Assembly (NCBI GenBank): GCA_964187785.1
Contig: OZ076420.1
Location: forward strand, 13,020,001 to 13,084,000
Reading direction: 5' to 3'
DNA length: 64,000 nt
DNA from: Amphiscolops sp. MND2022
Lineage: Eukaryota
In this document: in pieces, positions 35,278 through 46,899 of the stretch
Position numbering within the stretch: the stretch's first letter is position 1
Layout: each line of letters starts with the position of its first letter
The notes under the pieces: model-generated
What the model saw: only the letters and a program-made list of their open reading frames with translations
Told to the model about the DNA's origin: nothing
Databases searched by the model: none
Made by a program: the position numbers and the translations under genes

Positions 35278-38040
35278 CTATTGCACCTTTTCAGTTAGGT
35301 TTGGGATGTAGTACCGTTTCCTTAGTTCACTTAGCATTTTGGAAGCGCCAGGGTGTCCCTGCATGGGGTCGCCATGCATCGTCCTGATTATGGCTTCAGT
35401 AGTTTCTGGAGGAACTACAATTTGTCGGTAAGCTAGGTTGTCAAAAAACTGTCTGTACAAGACGTTGTTAACCACTTCAAGTCTTTTACGGTTCTTGAAC
35501 AATTTTTGGAAAAAGGTACTTTCAAAGTTCACGTGGTTAGGAGGTGTTTCTTGGACAGTAAGGATCCTAATTACACGTTGTACGTCACTACTTTCGCCTT
35601 GATCCTTAACAGTTTCTGAAACCCCCGAAGGGCATACCTGATTTACCATGTAGACCTGATCCCGTGGGTGAAATCGGGTGAAGAGAAGAGTTGGGTCAGA
35701 GGGCGTCACGAATGGTTGTATCTGGGACCTGATCTCCTCGATACGTCTGTTGTATTGGTCGTCACCTTCGCGGTGTTGTTGCGGGAACATCGTCATCAGT
35801 GTTTGGATTGTCTGGTTCGATGACGTGGCGACATCTGGTACATCATGATCGTCAGGGATGTATTCTTCCTCGTCATCGTCTTGCTTGGGCGTCTTGGATG
35901 CCAGGTCGATTTCTACCTTGAAGACCGGTATCTCGTCGTGTAGTTTGAGGTGGATCCTGTCTGCTGGATTGATGTCGATCCTGGACAGGTAATCCACTGC
36001 TGGATTCTCGACGCCAGGGACGTGGGCCAGAACGAAGTCGAATTGGAGGGCTTGGTCACAGTAGTTCCACAACTTAGGTGGTATCCGCTTTGACTGAAAG
36101 AATCTTGTGAGGGCTTTGTTGTCCGTCATGACTATGGTTGGCTTCTTCACAGCCCACAAGATATAGTGCATAGCCAGGAACTCTTTTGCGTACATCGTGA
36201 GTGACATCTGGCCCTCGGTAAACCTTTGTGAACCAAAGGCAACTGGTGCGTATGACTTCGTCGGTCCGTCATTTGTCTCAGTGTAGTCCTCAATCAGGAG
36301 AACGTATCCAGCTGCGTGCTCGCTGGCATCACACATGATCACTAGCTGTTTGTCCGGAAGTGGTAGCCTCAATGACAATTTAGCAGCATTCGCCAAGTTC
36401 TCGTTGATGTCAAATATCGCGTCTTTGTGGACTTGCGCGAGTTGGAATTTGACGTCCTTTTGCAACAACTTGTAAAGAGGCACTAACTTCTCAGCTAGTC
36501 TCGGTATGTACTGCCGGTAGAATTGTACAAATCCAATGTATCGCTGAACTGATTTCACTGACGTCGGCAGTTTGATGTTTTTCAGGAAGTCGTCAATCTT
36601 CTTCTCGATGGGCCCGACGCCTTCACTGGTAATGCTTCTACCAAGGAATTCGATTTCGGGGTGACCAAATGCACACTTCGACATCGAAAGTTTGAGACCT
36701 GCTTGTCCGATTTTGGTGAACACGGCCTCTATGTTGTCGACTAATTCTTCAACAGTGCTGGCTGCAATGCCGATGTCGTCAACGTACTGCGCACACTTGT
36801 CAGCTTTGACCTGAGGGTCCAAGTATTCTCGGACAGTACTATTGAAAGCTGACAGGGACCGGTTCAATCCTTGGGCCAGTCTGAGGAAGGCGAACGTCCT
36901 GCTTCCAAAGTTGAATGCAAGCAACTGAATTGATTGCTCGTCTGCCATCTGCAAGCAGTGATACGCTTGCGAACAATCCAGTTTGCAGAAGTATCGCTTC
37001 CCAGCCATATGTTGTGCTGCATCGGCCATCGTTGTCACTGGATGGTTGTGCTGGTTATAGTCATTCTTTAACAGGTGATTGATCCTTCTAAGGTCTACGA
37101 GTATTCTCAGTTTTCCATTCGGTTTACGCTGGGCGAAGATGGGTGATGAGTACTTGCTGTACGGCAATGTTGTGATTATACCGTACTCTTGCATCAACGC
37201 CAGCTCAACTAGGAGGTCGTCTTTCAAGTTCGTCGGTGTAGGCAGACTTTGTGCATAGACAGGCTCGTCGTGTTTAGGAGTCAACTTTATCTTGAATTCG
37301 GTGTTGATCCCAATATCCAGTCTATGCCTGGCGAAGATGTCATGGTACTTAACCAATAAGGCCTCAACTTGCTGCTTTTCGTGCGGGCTCAGTATTGATT
37401 GTTCCCACTGGAAGTTTGCCAGAAATTCGTGTCGTTGCTCTTCGCCCGTCGTCGGATCAAGTTTCTCCTGTTCCTTGAGTTTGATGATTTCCTCATAAAT
37501 TCGTTTCTCGATCTTGTTCAGTTTTGATGGGTCATCACGCGTCTCAGGGGTAGGGTACCATCGTCTGTCTGATTTGGCAGTAGGGTCCTTGAAAATCTGG
37601 TTCAGGACAGCTCCAGCTTCGTCTGGGTACTGTGAGATCAGATTCAGTTGATGGTCGGTTATCGGCTGTAGATTGGTTGCTTGCTTCGGCGTCAATATTT
37701 TGAAGGATGCTACAGCCGTGCCCACATTGATCGTTATCTGATAATCTAGTGGATTGGTAATCTGGACATGAGTCCGGCCCTCCTGGGTTTCGCTGAGAGC
37801 TGGCGACACCAGTAGGTTCGTGCGTCGTTCAAATGCAGATAATCCTTCGACTGTCCCGGTGATGTCGCCTAGATCACGTTCAATCACCACTGGAGCGAAC
37901 ACTTGTTGGTTTGGTTGAAGCACTATCTTCTGGGTGGTCTTCAGTTCTAGTAGTTTCTTTTTGAATCTGCCGTTGACTGATCGCAATTGGAGTGTGATGT
38001 CCGGGAATTTGACGATGTTGTTGGCGAGGTCTAGGGTGAC
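35278..38040 (-). CDS. pol: Pol: reverse transcriptase, RNase H and integrase zinc-finger start
   Basis: LRILVDLRRIN, KLDCSQAYH, QYVDDIGI, CDASEHAAG, MTDNKAL, HGDPMQGHPG; ends at a premature TAG (35278-35280). Confidence 0.97.
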   Translation of the reverse strand, partial: VTLDLANNIVKFPDITLQLRSVNGRFKKKLLELKTTQKIVLQPNQQVFAPVVIERDLGDITGTVEGLSAFERRTNLLVSPALSETQEGRTHVQITNPLDYQITINVGTAVASFKILTPKQATNLQPITDHQLNLISQYPDEAGAVLNQIFKDPTAKSDRRWYPTPETRDDPSKLNKIEKRIYEEIIKLKEQEKLDPTTGEEQRHEFLANFQWEQSILSPHEKQQVEALLVKYHDIFARHRLDIGINTEFKIKLTPKHDEPVYAQSLPTPTNLKDDLLVELALMQEYGIITTLPYSKYSSPIFAQRKPNGKLRILVDLRRINHLLKNDYNQHNHPVTTMADAAQHMAGKRYFCKLDCSQAYHCLQMADEQSIQLLAFNFGSRTFAFLRLAQGLNRSLSAFNSTVREYLDPQVKADKCAQYVDDIGIAASTVEELVDNIEAVFTKIGQAGLKLSMSKCAFGHPEIEFLGRSITSEGVGPIEKKIDDFLKNIKLPTSVKSVQRYIGFVQFYRQYIPRLAEKLVPLYKLLQKDVKFQLAQVHKDAIFDINENLANAAKLSLRLPLPDKQLVIMCDASEHAAGYVLLIEDYTETNDGPTKSYAPVAFGSQRFTEGQMSLTMYAKEFLAMHYILWAVKKPTIVMTDNKALTRFFQSKRIPPKLWNYCDQALQFDFVLAHVPGVENPAVDYLSRIDINPADRIHLKLHDEIPVFKVEIDLASKTPKQDDDEEEYIPDDHDVPDVATSSNQTIQTLMTMFPQQHREGDDQYNRRIEEIRSQIQPFVTPSDPTLLFTRFHPRDQVYMVNQVCPSGVSETVKDQGESSDVQRVIRILTVQETPPNHVNFESTFFQKLFKNRKRLEVVNNVLYRQFFDNLAYRQIVVPPETTEAIIRTMHGDPMQGHPGASKMLSELRKRYYIPNLTEKVQ

Positions 38041-38709
38041 TGAGTATTTTTAAAGAACGACATTCCTATGAGGATGTTCCCCATAGTCGGGAGGACCATG
38101 AACGTTTCCTCGAAGATTTTGCCGCCAATAAAAAATCGTAGAAGGACTTGTTTCCTCACAGGTACAATATTGCCATTGGCGATTTGTACCTTGAACTCTG
38201 GAGCAGGGAGTTCTTCAAGGAAGGCTGCTGGGTGAGCCGTGAGGATTCGACGGAGTTCAGCTTCAGAGAGGGCGCTTTGGATTGCGCCGGTGTCGAGTAG
38301 ACCGAAGTTGAAATGGTACATAGAGCATCCTGTCTTTTCTGTTCAGTTGAAGAGTGGCACTCAGCTGACGTATTCCATACTTCGGCTTTCTTGGTGGTTT
38401 TGGTGATTTGGCGGATGTGGTTGTTGTATCAGCGTTTGTTTGGTTAGCGGCTGTGTCATTGGTGGGAGGTTGATTGATGTTGTTGACTTCACTTCTTGGT
38501 TTCGTCTCTTTTGGTTTAATGGAGTAAGTATTAGTCGAATGTCGGGTGATGACAAAGTTTGTAGTCTCCTTAGTGTAAGTTGAAGGACGGGACTGCCACC
38601 CCGTGTTGTTTCCAGTATGTAGTCGAGTCTGGGTCATAGTTTGTTGTCGTTGATTTAGTAGCGCACTTTTGTATGATTGTGGAGGATGACGTGGCTCTAG
38701 AAGTTTTTT
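38041..38709 (-). CDS. pol: Pol N-terminus and aspartic protease, with two frameshift lesions
   Basis: LLDTGAIQS..GNILIGMSFFK; frame breaks near 38305 (YVPFQ/FGLLDTG) and near 38050 (short A-run). Confidence 0.9.
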
Positions 38710-40220
38710 GGGTCTTCTACGTCATCGTGCCTCTCCGTTTCTTCGACATGATCAGTTTCATCGTTGGTGGCGTGGGACAGTTCGTTCGCGTTGTAGACCC
38801 TGTTGTTAGTCTGTCTGAAGTCGCGGCGGAACTGCTTGTTTTCTTCGGTCGACTGCTTAGAATACGGGACGCTTCTGTAGGCTGACGTCGTCGTATTTCT
38901 GTAGTAGCAGTCTCGGGCGGAGTGTCCCACTTTGCCACATATTTGGCACACCAATTTGGGGTTGTATTTAGATTTGACGTCCTGGGTGTTGGTGGGTTGA
39001 GCTGGTTGTTGTTGGTTGTGGTTGTTTTTGTTTTGCGCTTCCTCCCTGAGGCGTTTACGGCATTCGGCCCACTTGTGGCCTGTGATTCCACAGTGGCGGC
39101 ATTGTCCGTCGAATTTTCGTTTCGTCTCCCGGTTTTGGGGTGGTTGGGAGTTCGATGACTGAGGTTCTGCAGCATTGTGTTGCGGAGCGCTGATCTGGTT
39201 GAATGGTTGTGGCGTTGTATTTGGTATGAGCTGGACGTATTGGCATCGTCGTTGGACAAATGTCCGTATTTCTTCCATAGACGCATCGTGTTTCCCAGCC
39301 ATAGCCAATTCGTTCTGCATCTGGACGGGCAGTTTGGCGAACAGAAAGGTTTCCGTTATGTCGCTCGATTTGTCTCCAAATGCTTGTTTCGCCACTTTTT
39401 TGAATTTGTTCAAAAAGTCGTTGAACGTCTCAGCTGTCGGATCGTAGCGCATTCGATCGAATTTGTATTTCGCTACTTCCTTCAGATCCTCTTTTGCGTA
39501 CTCTTTCTTGAAGTAGCGGAGGACTTGGGCGAGTGTGGTTTGGCTTGACATCTTCAGTGATTGCCAGAATTCGATGGCATCGTCTCGCAGTAAACTCTGG
39601 AAGTATGTGAGTTTCTGCTCTTCAGACAGCTTGTGCTGGTGCGGTCTGAGGTGATTAAGTAGCAAGTGTTCGAATTCGTTATATTTCTCCCGGTTTCCTC
39701 TGAAAAGCGGGACTTGTGTGTGCAGGATTTTGGGATGCTGCACTGTATCCGTCATTGTGTCTCGTAGATGGTGAATTTCGCTGACAATGTCGTCGAACTG
39801 GCTGGCGGGTGGCTGAGGGTATTTGGAGGTTGATTGTTGTGTTGGGTGTGGGTTCGCCAGGAAGTTGGTCTGAGGGACTCCTGTCACCATGTCGGAACGT
39901 GCACTAGTCTTACTGATAACTGCATTTTGATCGTTCCCTTTTCCGTGACTGGAGGATAACTTTTCCGTTAAAGCCAATACTAGTCCAGTAAGCTCATTAA
40001 TTTGTCTATTCATACTTGAGAAACGTTGGTCGATAGTCATTTGATCGGAATGTTGTCCAGAATGAATGAGATTTTCACTGTCTAGTTCATCAATTTGATC
40101 TCTTGTGAGGAGGTCGGGAATGCTACATTCACTTTCGGAATCGCTAACACGGTCGTTTCCACTTGCTTTACCCATGAATACTGGGATGGAACTTCTTGCC
40201 TGAGATCGTGTATTTACCAT
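38697..40220 (-). CDS. gag: Gag with two CCHC zinc knuckles; intact ORF starting inside the 5' LTR
   Basis: ATG at 40220 (MVNTRSQARS); CRHCGITGHKWAEC and CQICGKVGHSARDC. Confidence 0.93.
   Translation of the reverse strand: MVNTRSQARSSIPVFMGKASGNDRVSDSESECSIPDLLTRDQIDELDSENLIHSGQHSDQMTIDQRFSSMNRQINELTGLVLALTEKLSSSHGKGNDQNAVISKTSARSDMVTGVPQTNFLANPHPTQQSTSKYPQPPASQFDDIVSEIHHLRDTMTDTVQHPKILHTQVPLFRGNREKYNEFEHLLLNHLRPHQHKLSEEQKLTYFQSLLRDDAIEFWQSLKMSSQTTLAQVLRYFKKEYAKEDLKEVAKYKFDRMRYDPTAETFNDFLNKFKKVAKQAFGDKSSDITETFLFAKLPVQMQNELAMAGKHDASMEEIRTFVQRRCQYVQLIPNTTPQPFNQISAPQHNAAEPQSSNSQPPQNRETKRKFDGQCRHCGITGHKWAECRKRLREEAQNKNNHNQQQPAQPTNTQDVKSKYNPKLVCQICGKVGHSARDCYYRNTTTSAYRSVPYSKQSTEENKQFRRDFRQTNNRVYNANELSHATNDETDHVEETERHDDVEDPKNF
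38703..38709 (-). promoter_or_regulatory. Candidate -1 ribosomal frameshift heptamer A AAA AAC at the gag-pol junction
   Basis: Gag ends CCA AAA AAC TTC TAG; the -1 frame is open from this point (LLEPRHPPQSY..MTQTR) towards the protease. Confidence 0.7.
39877..39889 (-). promoter_or_regulatory. Primer-binding site, probably for a tRNA-Leu
   Basis: Minus strand TGGTGACAGGAGT directly follows the LTR CA. It is one mismatch from TGGTGTCAGGAGT, the complement of a typical metazoan tRNA-Leu 3' end as recalled, not checked. Confidence 0.7.
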
Positions 40221-41088
40221 TTTGTACGAAGAAACTAGGGTTGTTGAAAGAATTTGAATTGAGATTTTAAGGTTGAATTTAAGTTTGAAGAGAAGGATTA
40301 ATCTTTCGCAATGATGTAGTAAGCAGCTAAACGTCAAGTTATACCAAAAGTTAATGGCTGTCTTTTTACACCTCTTATCGATTTCGCAATGTTGGTCACG
40401 TGACAACGTCACGTGACTGTATTGACCAATAGCACTGCACTAGTAATGAGGTGTTAATTGCGACATACTGGTGGTTGCACCATTTGAGGCTTTACGATGA
40501 TGTTGCGTTACCATCGTTACGCATAACGTGTTAATTTTACTACACTAATTGAAATGAGTAATAATGGGCTATAATGGTGGTATATTACCATCGTTATATG
40601 TAAATGTTTAATTTAGAAAGCACTGTGATGTGGTTATATCACAAACGTCACCTACATATGGGATGAAATATGTTTATGTTACTAGCGCTATATGATTGAG
40701 CAATGAAATGAAGCGGTTGAGAAACCAGCGTAGCCTTGTTTAACTAATGAAGAAATGAATAAAATAGTTACTTTAAAAATGGTTCTGACGATAGTATATC
40801 AACTACATTACGTGATGCACTTTAGGAATGGTTTGAGAAAGGTCATGTTAATAGTGTATGATTATAATAAAAATGGGATTGGGTTGTTATGTTATGACAT
40901 GTAAATAATGTACAAATGATGTAACTGAAGAGTTTTAGTTTTTTGGTTTTAGTGATGCCGTGTATATGACTACATTCTTTTTTTCCCTTTGCGTTTCGGC
41001 GCGTATTGTCAGCTCATGCTTTATCTTTTACTGATGTTGTTTAGTTGAGAGCATCGTTGTTCAGTATTATCATGCGTCAGGCATGACA
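39890..41088 (-). repeat. 5' LTR (1199 bp)
   Basis: See the 3' LTR; TG...CA termini and TSD. Confidence 0.98.
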
Positions 41089-42071
41089 GGAATAGCTTAA
41101 GCTTCTTACAAATTTATGTAGGTCAGCGAGCTAATTTTTGATGATTTTGTGAAAATCCTCAAAAAAACTTCAATGCAACCAACTTTTACTAATTCAATTT
41201 CCTTGTATCAAAAGGCCTATAAGATACATCTTAAATTTGGCAGCAATTCCGAGCCGCGTTCAATTGCTGTTTAATTAAGCAGCAGTTTGTGATTTTAAAA
41301 GCACATGAGACCTCATCAGTTGTATGGCGATTTCAATGAAAATAATCTCCAATCACATTATAGTTTAAAAGTAGCGTTCTATTCAGCGTGCTATTTGACT
41401 AACGGTGATTACGTAACTTGAAGTTACTTACTTGAGAAACGCAAGCGTGAAGACAAAGTGATCGCGACGGTGAGGAAGGTGAAATGTTTTCAGTTTTAAA
41501 TGACATAGTGGAAACTAGATTGTAATATTACAAAATTTCTCCAAGCCGACTCCCGGAATTTTTGATGCCTCGTGAAAGAATTAGCATGCATGTTTCATTG
41601 CAGGATGTAAGAAGTTCGAGCAATCTCGACTAGGGTATACTTACATTCACTCTCAACTGGGTTCACTCTTGGACGTTCGGATAAGATAATGTTTATTGTT
41701 GATTCATACAAACTTTTTTTCAATTTCTGAGTAGGAATCTTGGTGAGACTTTTATCGAGTCTCGAAAAAATTTTAAAAGATAGCAAAACAAACATTGTTT
41801 TATCTACAATCTCTTTGCCACTGTTCGCAGGAAAAACTACACTGTCACGTTTTCAATTTATCAGACAACACAACGGATTGAAATTCAGGATCAGATAGCT
41901 TGGTATATAGAGTGAACGCCTTCGGGTATAGTATGTACACTGTTCAAGCCGCAGTTGGCGTCGGTTTTGGTTAAATTGCATCCACATATGTTAGCATTCC
42001 TCTTGAAACTTTTGGCAAGATTATTACCCAGATTTTCACGAAAATGCTCCATTCTTATTACGCGTTTCAAG

Positions 42072-45000
42072 AATTTTCACACTGGGGAACCAAAATGATC
42101 TCTACGATCGTATTTTTGATCATTCCCCAATATTCGGAAATTGCAAAAACCAAAAAATAGGAAAAAAGCACAACGCCCAAAATGGCTTTGGTCTCCGTTA
42201 TAACTCATTGCAGTGAAACGGAATTTGCTCTGCAGTATCAAAAAATTATGGTTCATAATAATTTGTAAATTATGAAATTTATCAGAATAGAAAAAGTGGT
42301 TAATATATTTTTTAGAATTTTCATCCCTGATTTATCCCAGAGCCTTATGTGCTGCAGAGAGTCTGACGTCTGCCATGCCAAAGTGGTGTGTTCGAATGAA
42401 TGTCCTCAATTTGAAGCAAGTTTGTCGAGTTTTCAGAGTAATCGTTTTCGTTTTTGTAATTTTCTTTCACTGTATTTTTCCATTCGGGGTTTTTTCAGAA
42501 ATTCTTTGCGAATGATTCCCCTTATATCTAAACGTTTGAACGTGGTGACGCTTTGATGACTTGAAAATGATGTGAATTGACCCTTTTTTCAATCCACCCC
42601 AACCGACCAAAGTAGATCTACAAGTTCTACAAATTTTTATGGTGTCAATTTGAACCATTTGGCCTATTGAACTGAACCAAAAAGGATTTCCTTTTTTTCC
42701 GCGTAACATACAATACCTGGGGAGACTAAAGGCTCCCCCTTTTAAATTTTTTGGCATTGCGAGTCTTTTTTTCGATTTTTTTCTATAGGGTCCCCCTTCC
42801 TTTTTTAAAATATTTTGTAACAGAATGGATATTTAAACAAATTCGAGAGTGTCCCCCCTTTTAGCGCGTCAATTCGGTCCAATGTTTGTTCTTTTTTTTT
42901 CGGGTACAGTAAAATACAATACTTGACACTTTGAAGTCTTTTTGCTATTTTTGAGCCTTAGCAATGGCGCCGACTTGGGCCGTTCCCGTCTTCTTCAGAC
43001 TTTAAATAGGTTCTTGAGTGCTTGAAATAAGTTTTCTGCTTCATGAAAACCCAACATTTTGTTCTCAAAGCAACAAAACGGCCAACAGACAGCAGCGTTG
43101 GAACTGTTGAGACGAAAGCACAATTTGCGGATTTCGAGACTGTACCCGGAAACATTTTTGCGGCGAACCCCTCTGCAAAACTTTAGCAGTCGGCAAGGGA
43201 GACAATCAACCCATTACATCGTGGATTTGAGCGACTCCCTGAGAACAGCTGTTCTTTTCAAGCACGGTGGAGTTTTCGTGGATCTCGACATGATTGCTTT
43301 AAAGCCAGGGATATCAACTATTCTTCTATACTTAATTAGTCTATAAGTGATGGGCCCAAATTAAGTTTTATAAAGTCTGCAATTGTGTATAAAAAAAGAG
43401 CTCCGAAATTGTTTTCTATGAACTGTTTCCTCTGAAACTTTGAACTGGTGTTTGGAACTATCTGTCGTCCTAATCTTAGCCGTAAAACAACTGAGACTCC
43501 GTATCAAACTTTGTACCAAGGCGTAACAAAACTTTGTAACGAGTCCAATTTGTAAAAACGCAAAGATTGTTAATTTTCAAGTTGATATGAGTCGTTGCCA
43601 TGCGTTTTCAAATATCCACAACAGATATCAAACATTGATAGACAAGATTACACTTCCTTGGGAAAATGACTGCCATGTCTTGTCATTCATGATTCATGAC
43701 TCGTCACGTCATGGACCATGAGTTGGATGCTGCATGGATGACAAGCCATGGGAGATTCAAGATCCACAGAAAGAGCATGCACAAATTTGGGAGCCATTAA
43801 GAAGAATGGAAATGTAGGTCAATAATGATTGTTTGACATTCCTTCCTGCAATCCAGTGGACGTGACCAAAAACTTCTTTGCACGTCAAGTTCCGGGAGGC
43901 ATGGTTGGAAATGCAATTATCAAATCAGCCCAACCATCATCATCCATTTTATGGCGAGCGATGGAAAGAGTCCGCAAAGAGTTCAACCCGAGACAATACG
44001 GAACTCAAATGACCACTTTCTGCGAAACTGTGAGAGAATACTGCGAGTCCATGGGAGTACTAATTGATTTTGTGGACAGAAGGTCAGAAAATTTCTCGAT
44101 AAGTCATTTCAACAATCTCATTCCAGTTTATTCAGCCATAGGTTTCTAATCCGCATGCATTCAGTCAAAGGAAGTAATGGATTCATACACATGATTCATG
44201 ATTTTGATATGCCGGAAATCATCTCATGATTATGGAATGGTAGATATTATCCATGGTTAAATATAGATGATAACAATGATGATCGAAGATCATATACTAA
44301 TCTATAGAATTCAACAATAATGTACGTCATATCGTTGCATTCAAACGCCACAAGAGAATGAAAATTTCAACAGATCACTGACTTAAATCTCAGTTGATAA
44401 TCTCTCGAGTCAACCACAGCGAATAGCATTAGTCAGTACCCCCGATTAAGCTCAAAAAAGCAAAATTACTTCAAAACGTAAAGAATTTTTCTCAAAAAAA
44501 GTTTCACTCTCCTGGTGCCGATATAACGTGATAAAACATTTGACACTTAGAAAGAGAAAAGTTGAAAAATTGCCACTTTTAATTTCTTGGGTTATTAAAT
44601 CTTGTCGAAACTCCCCCCGACCCACAAAGACATTCGAACTTTGTAAACCAATTGCTTGAAACAGTCTAAAGTTGGGCAGAAAAATGGTCAATACGCGAAT
44701 TCCATTGGGTATGGGCTTCCTTAATTCTCCTTCTCTACAAAACCATGCCTAATGCTGGAACCTTAGTTAGATGAACTGACGAAAAATATGATTTGATTTT
44801 TTAGAGACCCGTTGGACCAAAGATGTGGCGATTGGCATGTCCTGGGCGCTAGCGGTAATGCCATGTGTCATAACTACCAGATGTACGAGAAGGACCGAAA
44901 AACAGTTGAAAATCTATTGCGCAATCTGTCTGAGGATAACTGTACTCTTCTTCACTGGTATTCCACGTCCAACGGAAACAATCATCATCCAATAAATTTG

Positions 45001-45081
45001 AAGGAAGAAAAAGATGTCTTCTTCACCAGAATTGTCAATAAGTATTGTCCGATAGTTGCCAACTCTGTCACTATCTTTTGA
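42072..45081 (+). CDS. GT32 alpha-1,4-glycosyltransferase paralogue A (A4GALT/A4GNT-like), catalytic exons about 42072-42109 (5' edge uncertain), 42316-42419, 43071-43308 (or 43338), 43857-44141, 44807-45081
   Basis: YPRALCAAESL..PKWCV; ETFLRRTPL; LSDSLRTAVLFKHGGVFVDLDMI (DxD motif); NFF..GNAII; LLHWY; KYCPIV-stop. Exon phases are consistent; one donor reads GG rather than GT (43309). Confidence 0.9.
42560..42995 (+). mobile_element. Helentron/DINE-like family, diverged partial copy 2
   Basis: Ends ttttgagccttag..ggcgccgacttgggccgttcccgtctt, the reverse complement of the 17614 and 51080 termini; 5' boundary approximate. Confidence 0.6.
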
Positions 45082-46899
45082 CTTGATGAAGTATCATCTA
45101 CAGTAGTGATATTATTGAAAGCAACAACGCAAGCGGAAAGAGAGCAAAGAACAAAATCTCATTGACTGATTAAAGTTTCACGCTCACATTTGAGTGGTCG
45201 AAAGCGTATTCCAAAATATTATTTTTTTAGTTTTTGATATGTCGCAAAAATTTTTTGACTATAATTTCAATTATTTAATGCTTTAATATTTAATAATTTC
45301 AATAATTTAACAATTTCGACAGAGAATTTTCCCAAAAGTTATGAATCTGACAAAACATATTTTCTTCAAACGTAACAAATGTATCATTACGAATGAGCTT
45401 GCTGCAATTTGTTAACTATCAAAATCGTATCTTACTACATGCTATTTCAAAATATGTCGAAATTATTATAGGATCAAAAAGTTGTAATTTTGCCTATTTT
45501 TACAGCTGTTTTTGTACTATTTGACAATTATTTCTAAACCAAAACATTCGATATACTCGATGGAGTCGATTGAAAATCGGTTGAACAACAGTAGACATGA
45601 AGTAAAAAAAATATCAATTGTTACCTAAATCTGTCTTAATTGGCCTATCATAACTTATACAATTTTCATCCCAGGATTTTCTACTTTAAGAAACATATTC
45701 GTAAATTAGACAAAAAACTAAGGAACTTTCACATCTGTCATTTGTCACAAATCGCTCCTGTTTTTGAGATATTCGAGTTTGATATTTTCTTGATGTTGCT
45801 TATAATAATACTACTACTCCAGTCATTGAGTGTATATATAATTTTTTTGTGAGTTCATATCATTGAGTGTATATATCATCCTTTCTAGTCAACAATGATC
45901 CTTCTACGATCAGGAACGTCGCCAGATATCCTACTTCCAGGCAAAATGATATAATTTTTCAATCAAGCAAATATAGTCGTTGCCATTCTAATCATACGTT
46001 ATTTTGAACTATTCTTCATAATAAATCCTGAGAAAGTTGACTGAATAACCATTAAAATGGATATAACTTGAGTCTGCTAAGGCGTGATACTAAACAAAAG
46101 GCACAGTGACGTTGCGAGATTTCCTTATTCTCTTACAAGGCGCATTCAAAATGAATTAAAAAAAAACAATTTTACCAAACAAAAATTCCGTATCTCCAAT
46201 CTATCAAACACTTTGAAGCTACCTCTTTCGTCATTTTGAGCTTTCGTTATTTTTGCTCTATCGATTGGTACGATATTGTGTTTCTTCAGCCATTCATAGC
46301 TTGTTTCAGAGTAATTTCAATCGACTTTCGCTTCATTACAATTAAGAAAATAAGCCGTAGGTGAAAGTCATTTTCTGGAACATCTATTTGTTACACTGGT
46401 TTGCTCTTTTCCAACTTAAAGGAAGCGTAGGGGAGACTCTACTGTAGTTTGCTTGAAAACGTCTTTGAAATGTGGCGACATACAAATCAAACACAAAATG
46501 AAAATGGTAAGCGTCTATGATTTACTTTAGGCTATGTTGTTTTTGCTTGAAGAAAATTGCACATTTGATTCTTCTTTGGGCATTCTCAAGCATCTCTGAT
46601 TTATTCTTTGCAATGATGCCATGCGCCAACAATCCATAGCTAATTAGCCACCGTGCATTTGCTTTATAAAAAATTAGCACATACTTAATTGGAAATGAAT
46701 GCCTCGCTTTACTCGCAAAACCACAATAAATATTCACTTTTAAAAATGTACGCAATGGGTTCTTGGAAGGTGAGTTTTTTGTCAATGTAAACACTCAAGT
46801 GCTTGAACCATTTTAATTGGCAGATTTAAATTGAATATATCGGTACCTCTAGCTTTTCCTAAGGCAACATTCTTGCTCTCATTTTATGTGCTGGTTAAG

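Larger units (their letters stand above)
25643..41088 (-). mobile_element. Full-length young Ty3/Gypsy LTR retrotransposon, 15,446 bp, with accessory cargo region
   Basis: Two 1199-bp LTRs TGTC...GACA; 5-bp TSD GGAAT (25638-25642 and 41089-41093); PBS, PPT, gag, and PR-RT-RH-INT order on the minus strand. Confidence 0.98.

Noticed and set aside
40221-40412. Gag N-terminal extension MTLSRDQH.. in the ORF track
   Set aside because: It starts at a non-ATG codon and lies in LTR sequence; the first ATG in good context is at 40220.
41790-41905. Extra GT32-A stem exon (TVRRKNYTVTF..QDQIAW)
   Set aside because: Homologous sequence exists in B (about 62560-62660), but with stops, and I could not make the phases fit; left unannotated.
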